Of a stretch of 64,000 nt of DNA, positions 27,157 through 35,510 are shown piece by piece. Numbering within the stretch: the first letter of the stretch is position 1; the number at the start of each line of letters is the position of its first letter. This DNA is from a virus (lineage: Duplodnaviria; Caudoviricetes): positions 7,139 through 71,138 of the IMG/VR virus record IMGVR_UViG_3300032219_001723; one strand, written 5' to 3'. Position numbers and translations under genes: made by a program. The notes under the pieces were generated by a model that was not told where the DNA came from, searched no databases, and saw only the letters and a list, made by a program, of their open reading frames with translations.

Positions 27157-30100
27157 TAGGCAACCGCTCCTCCTCTAGCATAAACATCATTATTAAATTG
27201 ATCTGATATTGACAACAAAGAAGTTGTTAAATACGCTCGGTAATTACCTTGTGTCCAAGTATTCCCCGTGTAATTTATTAAAACAGAATTATATCCTGAT
27301 ACCACATCGGTTTGATTTGTCACGGCATTTGATGCTGAACCAATTCCGTATCCTAATTTAGTATATTGTACTGCGTCGTTATTCATTCTCCTTGTTGGTA
27401 CAAACGCAACATATGTTGCCGCGTTTCCATTATAAATATTATTCTGTGGAAACTTTACAGTTTGAAATACATAAATTGTATTAGCATTTCCTTGACTATC
27501 CGTACCACTACTACTCTGAGAAATAGTGCTAGTGTATGCCGTTGATCCATTACCTCTATTATTTGTAAATCCTGACCAATCCATATATCTATTTGCCGCA
27601 GCATCATTAAATCCTGTTGTTGTTACACCATTATTACTGAATGTAACCCATGTTGAAAATCCTCCATCTGACATCCAACGATATAGATCACCAGCGTTAT
27701 TTTGATTGTCATTAGCGGTTTCAACAAAAATAACCGCAGGTCTCAAAGGTTCTGAAGTTGATGGTGTTATTGAAGGTGTCACTGTTGGAGTTCTGGTTAA
27801 TGTCGGAGTTATTGTCGGTGTTGGTGTTATAGTTGCGGTTGGTGTCAAAGTCGGAGTAATACTTGGAGTAATAGATGGTGTTGGTGTCATTGTTCTAGTT
27901 ACCGTTGGTGTTACAGTATTCGTAGGTGTAATTGTTGGTGTAGGACTATTTGTAGGTGTTGGAAACAATAAAACACTGAATGTCCCACCTGAATTATTTG
28001 TAAAAATCAATTCTCCGTCTTGGTATGTCGCGCCGGTAACTCTAACGTCAATTTGATGTCTAATAACCCCATTATCATCAATTGTTAAATATTTTGTGTT
28101 ATTATCACCTTGTACAACATTTTTAAGGATTAACGGGTCTTGTGTTTGTGCAGAAATTGTGAAGCCACTATTTGGTCCAACAAAACTAATCGTTTTTCCA
28201 TCTTGATTTATAGTTCTATTAGAACTTAAAACACCATCTTCAGTATAAATGGTTTTAGCTGATATGGTTAATCCGCTAGAGTTAACCCTACTAACAGTAA
28301 CACCACTACTCCCACTGATATTAACCACTGAGGTTGTACCTGAAGATCCTGAAAGTCTTATAGTAGTACTACTCTGATCAACAGATAACGTATAATTTTC
28401 AGAATTCTGTGATGGTAAATTTAAGTATGTTGTTGCGGATATAGTATTAGCAGTTAAACCACCATTCACTGTTAATCCCGTGACAGAATTAAACGACACT
28501 CCAAAAGTACCACCCGTGTTATTGGTAAATGTAAAGGTATTACTTGAATATGTAGCGCCGGTTATAGTAATATCCGTTGGTAAGTTTTGATAAGTTGTTG
28601 CCGATATAGTATTGGCTGTTAATCCTGTAACAGTATTAAATAATACACTGAATGATCCACCTGTACTATTTGTAAATGTGAAAGTATTACTTGAGTATGT
28701 TGCACCGGTCACATTAACATCCGTTGGTAAGTTCAAATAGGTTGTTGCAGATATTGTATTAGCCGTTAAGCCACCATTAACCGTTAGTCCTGTAACAGTA
28801 TTAAATAATACACTGAATGACCCACCTGTACTATTTGTAAATGTGAAAGTATTACTTGAGTATGTTGCTCCCGTTACATTGACATCTGAAGGTAAGTTCA
28901 AATAAGTTGTTGCCGATATCGTATTTGCCGATAACCCACCATTAACAGTTAGTCCCGTTACCGTGTTAAATATCACACTGAAAGTTCCTCCTGTGTTATT
29001 GGTATATGTAAAGGTATTATTAGAATATGTCGCACCTGTTACAAAAACATCCGTACCACCCGTAAAAAACCCACTAACATTAAAAGTACCACCCGTATTG
29101 TTAGTAAATGTTGCAACTCCGTTTGAGTATGTACCACCAGTAACTCTAATATCTGTTGGTAAATTTTGATACGTTGTTGCTGAAATAGTTGTCGCAGAAA
29201 TTGTTGTTGCAGATAATGAACCATTAACAGTTAATCCTGTTAAAGTGTTAAATAAAACACTAAAGGTACCACCCGTGTTATTCCTAAATGTAAATGTGTT
29301 GTTTGAATATGTTGCACCCGTAACAAATACATCCGTACTACCCGAAAATAACCCTGTAACATTAAACGTTTGACCTAAATTATTTGTAAAAGTAATTGTA
29401 CCATTTGAGTAGGTACCACCAGTTACTTTAACGTCCGCTTGATGATGTACAATACCATCATCATCAATTGTTAGATATTTAACATCACTTGATCCTTGTT
29501 GAACCCCTTTAACAATTAAAGGGTCTGTAACCGCAGATATTGTAACCGCAGAAACACTATTTGAAAATGTGGTTTGTCCGTCACTAAATCTTAACGTATT
29601 ACCATTAAGACCAACAATTCGGTTGGAAAATAAAACACCATCCGAATTATAAATTGTTGCCGATGAAAATGTTAAACCACTAACACTATTTCTAACAACT
29701 GATGTCCCTGAAACACCAGTAAAACTAACAAAAGACTCCACCCCTGCCGGTGTTGAGAATAATCTAATGTTCGTTGTACTTGCAGGAATTTGTATCTGAT
29801 ATGAACTACTAACTGTTGTTGTTTGAAATGTTACAGTCCCATCATCCTCTAAAGTAAGATATTTAGATCCAACAACTGTAGAACTAGCACTAACACCGGA
29901 TAGTTTAATTGGACTATTACCTGAGAAGATGGTTTGACCACCACTAAACGTAAGACTATTACCACTTAAATTAACAGATCTATTACCCAGCAATGTCCCA
30001 TTTGAATTATATAAATTAGTAACACCGGTAATTGTTATCGGCGATCCTGAATTAGTATTAAGTGATATTGTTGCCGAAGACAAGGTATAGGTACCTGAAG

Positions 30101-30617
30101 TAACTTGCCAATCAGTACCCCAAAATATTTTCCATCTGGCGGTTTCTCTCGTTGCACCACCATACCCTTCAACTGAAGAATCTAACCAAGCGTTAATAAA
30201 ATCTAATCCTTCAGTTGTCGCACCAAGAACACTTATTGAGTAATTACTCGATACCGTTACCGCACTTGCGTTATTATATAATGTCTCATAATTTGGAATA
30301 ACATACTGATATACAGTATCGGTTTCATAAACATAAACCAACATACCAAGTCTTCTACGACCTGATGATATTCCATCTTTATTTAATACAATTTGTTTAG
30401 TTGTTGAATTAACGAATTGTATTGGTATAGTATTTGCAGTTGATTGTATGGTACCTGTACCCGCAGAATAAAAATTCAAATCATCAATATTCCAAACCTC
30501 CATATAACCACCAATACTGAGAACTGAAAAGTTTGTACCATAAGTTACATTACTAGCAACCGAATCCGGTCCTGTTAATTGTACTGATGTTATTGGATTT
30601 CTATATTGAAAACTCAT
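27156..30617 (-). CDS. Fibre paralog with tandem VTGATY repeats + PT linker + shared C-domain
   Basis: 1153 aa. Same N- and C-domains as its neighbours; seven tandem VTG[AG]TY units. Confidence 0.7.
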   Translation of the reverse strand: MSFQYRNPITSVQLTGPDSVASNVTYGTNFSVLSIGGYMEVWNIDDLNFYSAGTGTIQSTANTIPIQFVNSTTKQIVLNKDGISSGRRRLGMLVYVYETDTVYQYVIPNYETLYNNASAVTVSSNYSISVLGATTEGLDFINAWLDSSVEGYGGATRETARWKIFWGTDWQVTSGTYTLSSATISLNTNSGSPITITGVTNLYNSNGTLLGNRSVNLSGNSLTFSGGQTIFSGNSPIKLSGVSASSTVVGSKYLTLEDDGTVTFQTTTVSSSYQIQIPASTTNIRLFSTPAGVESFVSFTGVSGTSVVRNSVSGLTFSSATIYNSDGVLFSNRIVGLNGNTLRFSDGQTTFSNSVSAVTISAVTDPLIVKGVQQGSSDVKYLTIDDDGIVHHQADVKVTGGTYSNGTITFTNNLGQTFNVTGLFSGSTDVFVTGATYSNNTFTFRNNTGGTFSVLFNTLTGLTVNGSLSATTISATTISATTYQNLPTDIRVTGGTYSNGVATFTNNTGGTFNVSGFFTGGTDVFVTGATYSNNTFTYTNNTGGTFSVIFNTVTGLTVNGGLSANTISATTYLNLPSDVNVTGATYSSNTFTFTNSTGGSFSVLFNTVTGLTVNGGLTANTISATTYLNLPTDVNVTGATYSSNTFTFTNSTGGSFSVLFNTVTGLTANTISATTYQNLPTDITITGATYSSNTFTFTNNTGGTFGVSFNSVTGLTVNGGLTANTISATTYLNLPSQNSENYTLSVDQSSTTIRLSGSSGTTSVVNISGSSGVTVSRVNSSGLTISAKTIYTEDGVLSSNRTINQDGKTISFVGPNSGFTISAQTQDPLILKNVVQGDNNTKYLTIDDNGVIRHQIDVRVTGATYQDGELIFTNNSGGTFSVLLFPTPTNSPTPTITPTNTVTPTVTRTMTPTPSITPSITPTLTPTATITPTPTITPTLTRTPTVTPSITPSTSEPLRPAVIFVETANDNQNNAGDLYRWMSDGGFSTWVTFSNNGVTTTGFNDAAANRYMDWSGFTNNRGNGSTAYTSTISQSSSGTDSQGNANTIYVFQTVKFPQNNIYNGNAATYVAFVPTRRMNNDAVQYTKLGYGIGSASNAVTNQTDVVSGYNSVLINYTGNTWTQGNYRAYLTTSLLSISDQFNNDVYARGGAVA
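28411..29435. repeat. Tandem VTG[AG]TY...FTNxxGGxF units (7 copies; full unit 55 aa / 165 nt)
   Basis: Copies at 28623 and 28788 are near-identical in DNA, with exact runs of 32 and 47 nt. Confidence 0.9.
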
Positions 30618-30621
30618 TATA

Positions 30622-32439
30622 TTATATTGTTACTTGGTTTATTTGGAAATAATATGTTTGTGTTCTAGGTGTTGAAGATGGTTTAGTTTGCCAAAACGGA
30701 CTACCTGTCCAATAAACTCTGTAATCACCTGCCGGTAATATACCACCTGATGGAACAGTAATGACATTACTAAAACAAGCACTATCCATAATTAAAGGAT
30801 TGTTTACGATACCATCTATTTTTGACGCACCGTTAACCGAAGATGGTGTTACAGAATCATTAACAAAAATTTCGTTGTCCACCCAAATAGTATATGAATA
30901 ACTATAATTCGGATCGTTATCTGATGTACTTACCGTAAAGGTTGGAACACCATATTTTGTAATTGTTGCACTTAACCCTTGGACACTACCCGTTGAATCC
31001 GCACATCCACTAGATGTTTTACACATATTTTTTGTCAATGGTTGTCTTAACACACCCGTAGATGCTGTCCATCCTGAAAATAAAGCATAATATGAAAGAT
31101 TAGTCCTAACACCTGAAATACTAGTATCCACAGTTGGGTAATTATTAAAATTATACCATAGTCCATATCCTGAATTTGCAGAAATATAATTTTGTATATT
31201 AGTTAATATCGTACCATCATTAGGTTCCATAAATAAGTAAGCTTTATATTGGATAGGTGGTGTTGAAGTAGGTGTTCTAGTAATTGTAGGAGTAGGTGTT
31301 AAAGTCCTCGTTACTGTAGGTGTAACCGTAACACTCGGTGTTAATGTCGGAGTTATTGTTGGTGTCGGAGTAATACTTTTTGTTGGTGTTGGTGTTCTAG
31401 TAACTGAAGGTGTAACCGTATTTGTTGGTGTAGGTGTTGGTGACCCTACTAATTGGACACTAACAATCTGACCTCGATTATCATAGAGATATAATGTACC
31501 ATCAACATATGTTGCACCTGTAGTGTGTTGATCCGGTTGCCACTCAACCTTACCATCCGCATTAGCAATTGTTAAATATTTTGTGTTAATTGTTGATTCT
31601 TGAACCCCTTCCAAAAATAACGGATCTGCCGCCGCAGAAAACGTCGTTGATCCACCTGTGAATTTTAAGGTATATGACCCTAAATCAACAACACGATTAC
31701 CAAGTAAAATACCATTACTATTATAGATATTAACACCGGAACCTCCTCCACCTCCACCACCACCTGATGCGAGTTCAATCCATTGACCACCATCCTGGTC
31801 ATAAATCCAAACAAATTCACTACCAATAGTTGTATTAAACCATCTGTCACCATTATTATGTATAACAACATTCGGTGTAGTTGCTGAAACATAATAATTT
31901 AGAGTACTTCCTGAAGTATCTGTTCTAAAAACTTTCCAATTCGCAATACTTGGTGAAACCGAATCAACATCTTCAATGGTTGATCCTGTCCAATATGTCA
32001 TTAAATTTTGACCACCAACTGTTTGATTATCTAAAATATAACCTGTTGATGTTTGAACTAACGAACCATCAGTTGTTGCACTTTGAAATAATGTTTGATA
32101 ATTTGGTATTTGATACTGATATAATGTTGTTGCAGTAATTACATAAACCAACATCCCTAATTTTCTTCTACCCGAAGAAATTCCATCACGTTCTAAATTC
32201 AACCAAGCATCACCATTTGGTGCTGTTGCCATTGAAATAGGTATTGTGTTTGCGGTTGATAATACGGGTCCGACATTCCCCGGTGGAATAATAAATCTCA
32301 GGTCTTGGTGCGACCAAACCTCCATATAACCACCAACTGCAAGAACGGAATAATTACTTCCGAAATCAGAATTTGACGGTACAGAATTTGGTCCAGATAA
32401 CTGAACGGGTGATATAGGATTCTTATAATTGTATGCCAT
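30622..32439 (-). CDS. Fibre paralog: shared N-domain + poly-Gly hinge + PT linker + shared C-domain
   Basis: 605 aa. GGYMEV...SSGRRKLGMLVYV; GDRWFN...QWIE phage fibre motif; ASGGGGGGGSG hinge. Confidence 0.7.
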   Translation of the reverse strand: MAYNYKNPISPVQLSGPNSVPSNSDFGSNYSVLAVGGYMEVWSHQDLRFIIPPGNVGPVLSTANTIPISMATAPNGDAWLNLERDGISSGRRKLGMLVYVITATTLYQYQIPNYQTLFQSATTDGSLVQTSTGYILDNQTVGGQNLMTYWTGSTIEDVDSVSPSIANWKVFRTDTSGSTLNYYVSATTPNVVIHNNGDRWFNTTIGSEFVWIYDQDGGQWIELASGGGGGGGGSGVNIYNSNGILLGNRVVDLGSYTLKFTGGSTTFSAAADPLFLEGVQESTINTKYLTIANADGKVEWQPDQHTTGATYVDGTLYLYDNRGQIVSVQLVGSPTPTPTNTVTPSVTRTPTPTKSITPTPTITPTLTPSVTVTPTVTRTLTPTPTITRTPTSTPPIQYKAYLFMEPNDGTILTNIQNYISANSGYGLWYNFNNYPTVDTSISGVRTNLSYYALFSGWTASTGVLRQPLTKNMCKTSSGCADSTGSVQGLSATITKYGVPTFTVSTSDNDPNYSYSYTIWVDNEIFVNDSVTPSSVNGASKIDGIVNNPLIMDSACFSNVITVPSGGILPAGDYRVYWTGSPFWQTKPSSTPRTQTYYFQINQVTI

Positions 32440-32442
32440 TTT

Positions 32443-33396
32443 TTACGATACTGTAATACCTTTAAAATAAATATCTAAATTGTTATTTAATCTAAAGTGG
32501 GGTTGACGAGAAGTTGTATAAACTCTGTAAATCCCTTTAGGAATTGTATTACCAGTATAGTTAAAAGTGTAGTCATACACAGTATTTTCCATATTCGCAA
32601 CAACTAAACTTAATGGATCCGATTGATAATTAAATCCAATTTGAGTTTGTTTTAGATTATTTGTGGCATTTGGTGGAATTACCCAAGTGTACCAAGCATA
32701 TTGAGACCCTGTAGGACCTGTTCCCGAAGGTACTCTATGTGTTGTAAAATTATACGCAAAAATTTCGTTACCATAAGCGTCAAAACCTCCACTGACTTGT
32801 GGTATTGTTTGTGTTCTAACCGCTGGCATTGTACCCGCAGTCCAACCACTGAAGCTAACATAAGTATTAAATTGAGTATTAAATGTTGTTTGGTTTTGTG
32901 TTGGATTACTAAAGTTGAATCCGTACCAAGTTTGACTCTGACTATTCATCCAATTGTAAATTGATGTGGACGCACTTACAGGTTCAATAAACAAATAAGC
33001 AAAGTCAGGTGGTGGACACGGTGTTGAAGTTACTGACGGTGTTGGTGTATAAGTTGGTGTAACACTTGGTGTGACCGGTGTTCGTGTTATCGTAGGAGTA
33101 ACACTTGGTGTTAATGTTTTTGTAGGAGTTACTGTTGGTGTTAATGTTTTTGTAGGAGTTACTGTTGGTGTTGGTATCAAATCAGAACACTGAACAATTT
33201 GTATTTGTTGATTACCTGCACCATTAACAATTGTAACAACAAGAAACGCAGTATTTACAGGACAACCAGTAACTGAGAAAGTTTGTGGTGTTCCCGTCAA
33301 TTGTCCAACGTACTGTGAATTTTCACCAAATTCATCCGCAACATAAACACTTGCCGGTAATAATCCTGTAACACTACTAATTGTTATATTTGCCAT
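32443..33396 (-). CDS. Appendage protein: Ig-like cap + PT linker + shared C-domain
   Basis: 317 aa. ISSVTGLLPASVYV cap and AYLFIEP...FSGW...YTWVIP C-domain. Confidence 0.7.
   Translation of the reverse strand: MANITISSVTGLLPASVYVADEFGENSQYVGQLTGTPQTFSVTGCPVNTAFLVVTIVNGAGNQQIQIVQCSDLIPTPTVTPTKTLTPTVTPTKTLTPSVTPTITRTPVTPSVTPTYTPTPSVTSTPCPPPDFAYLFIEPVSASTSIYNWMNSQSQTWYGFNFSNPTQNQTTFNTQFNTYVSFSGWTAGTMPAVRTQTIPQVSGGFDAYGNEIFAYNFTTHRVPSGTGPTGSQYAWYTWVIPPNATNNLKQTQIGFNYQSDPLSLVVANMENTVYDYTFNYTGNTIPKGIYRVYTTSRQPHFRLNNNLDIYFKGITVS
33105..33172. repeat. Perfect 30-nt tandem duplication (encodes TPTVTPTKTL)
   Basis: ttggtgttaatgtttttgtaggagttactg x2 plus a partial copy. Confidence 0.95.
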
Positions 33397-35510
33397 TAAA
33401 AATTACAATTAACATTAAAATTGATAGATAAATTAACATCAAAGTTTTTACCTAATAAATTATCATTTTTATCTGATTTAACTGTAATCTCACCCGTAGT
33501 TTCATCAATAGTAACGTCTGATATGTCAGGATTATTAAATAATAAGTTTCTAACCGTTGCAAAATATACATTATCAGGCATAATATCAGTGAGACTTGTT
33601 GAGTAATAAGCAACTGTTGATCCTGTAGTTGTATCCACAACAACCTCAACAGTGTAATACATAGAGGATAAAACACACCCCGAATATCCATCGGTTACTC
33701 CACTGTAACCCTCATACGTCATAATATCAATACCTAACTTAGATCCACCTGTTTTTGTCATAACACCACTACAATAGTTGTATGTTATTGCAGAAGTATT
33801 TGTAGACCTACATGTGATTGTGGTGGTTTGTGTTTGACTACATCCACTAGCATCGGTAACTAAAACGGAATAAGTACCCGCAGTTAAACCCGTAACCTCA
33901 AATTTTGTGGTTCCTGTTTTACCACTACAATTAGAAGACCACTGAACCGTAAATGGCGGAACACCTGAACTAATATATAGATCAATACCCCCATTAGATC
34001 CTGTACCACAATTTGTAGGGTACAAGAAATAATTCAAATTATTTGATGTTGATACTACAGCATATCGGTTTATTGTACACCCATCATCATCAGAAATACT
34101 AACTGTATAATACCCATCAGGTATTCCATTGAAAGTAACCGCAGATGTTGATTGATTTAGAAATGATTGTGTGAAATTATCATTTGTTATTCTATAATCA
34201 TATGGTGGTGTACCTCCAGATGTTTTAGTAACCAAAACATATCCATTAGCATAACCACAAGTCGTTGCCGTTACACTAGTGGTAGATGAAAATGGTTGTG
34301 TATTTGTGATCGTAAACGTATCACTATATGAACAACTAGTTGTATCTATTATACGAGCAGTATAATTACCTGAACCTAAACTATCATAAGTTACTGATGT
34401 TGAGAATGTTGTTGTTGCACTTATTAGTGTTGTTCCCGCGGACAATCTATATGTGTATGGTGGAGTACCACCAACTATTGATAAATTAACGGATCCGTTA
34501 TTATTACCACAACTTGAATTAGTCGGTAAAATCGTAACACTATTTATCGTTCCTGGTGCTTGTAATGGGGTTGAAAATGTTGCATTACACAATGAACCAT
34601 CTTGAACATAGACTGAAAATATACCATTTGGTATGTCTTCAAAAGTATATGAGGTTAAATACGAACATACAACAACACCTGTACTTGAAGAGTAGTAATA
34701 TGGTCCTGTACCTCCACTAATTGTTAATGTTGCAATCCCGTCACTTGCAAAACAAGAAGGTTGTACCACATTCCATCCACCTAAACTTAATTGTGGTTGT
34801 ACTCCAACCGTTGCATTTTTAACCACAGAACAACCATTAAAAGATGTTGCAGTAACACTGTAACTACCCGCAGTTAATCCTGTAATATATGATTGAGAAC
34901 TACCATTACTCCAATTATAAGTAAATGGTGCGGTTCCCGTTATTCCTGTTATATATAGACGACCAAATGTTGTATCACAACTTGTAGTATTTACCACATA
35001 AAATCCAAAATTAACAGCTGTTGATGATGAAATAACAAATGTCTCAGTACTAGCACTACAACCACCACCGTCAACCGCATCAATATAATAAATCCCTTGA
35101 GGAATGTTATTAAATGTTGTTGTTGCAAAGCTACTTGAGTTTGAATTTATAACATTATTAGTTAAATCTTTTAAGTAATATGTAACATCACTAGTATAAG
35201 AATTTCCAGTAATGGTAACAGAACCATTATCACCACCGCAAGATGTCCCTGATAATGAAGTTATTGTTAAACAAAAACCTGATGATACGTATATACCTAT
35301 AGTAAATTCATTATTTACAGGTGAAGTACTATCATTAACCCTAACATCATAATTACCCGCACACAATCCCGTTCTAAAATCATCATATATACAATTACCC
35401 CAATCAAAATAATATGGTGGAGTACCACCACTTGCGGTTAGTCTAACCGCACCTGAACAGGTATTACTACAATCCCCCGTTAAAAATATATTATATCCAA
35501 ATGCCGCCAT
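33396..35510 (-). CDS. SprB-repeat virion protein
   Basis: 704 aa. About seven units of C..NG.I.L...GGT.PY.Y.W...GL.AG.Y.V.V.D..GC; no signal peptide or T9SS C-terminal domain apparent. Confidence 0.75.
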   Translation of the reverse strand: MAAFGYNIFLTGDCSNTCSGAVRLTASGGTPPYYFDWGNCIYDDFRTGLCAGNYDVRVNDSTSPVNNEFTIGIYVSSGFCLTITSLSGTSCGGDNGSVTITGNSYTSDVTYYLKDLTNNVINSNSSSFATTTFNNIPQGIYYIDAVDGGGCSASTETFVISSSTAVNFGFYVVNTTSCDTTFGRLYITGITGTAPFTYNWSNGSSQSYITGLTAGSYSVTATSFNGCSVVKNATVGVQPQLSLGGWNVVQPSCFASDGIATLTISGGTGPYYYSSSTGVVVCSYLTSYTFEDIPNGIFSVYVQDGSLCNATFSTPLQAPGTINSVTILPTNSSCGNNNGSVNLSIVGGTPPYTYRLSAGTTLISATTTFSTSVTYDSLGSGNYTARIIDTTSCSYSDTFTITNTQPFSSTTSVTATTCGYANGYVLVTKTSGGTPPYDYRITNDNFTQSFLNQSTSAVTFNGIPDGYYTVSISDDDGCTINRYAVVSTSNNLNYFLYPTNCGTGSNGGIDLYISSGVPPFTVQWSSNCSGKTGTTKFEVTGLTAGTYSVLVTDASGCSQTQTTTITCRSTNTSAITYNYCSGVMTKTGGSKLGIDIMTYEGYSGVTDGYSGCVLSSMYYTVEVVVDTTTGSTVAYYSTSLTDIMPDNVYFATVRNLLFNNPDISDVTIDETTGEITVKSDKNDNLLGKNFDVNLSINFNVNCNF

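Noticed and set aside
9950-29435. Paired repeats as possible diversity-generating retroelement TR/VR
   Set aside because: Mismatches are mostly synonymous third positions and not adenine-specific, both copies are in-frame coding, and no reverse transcriptase is in the window.
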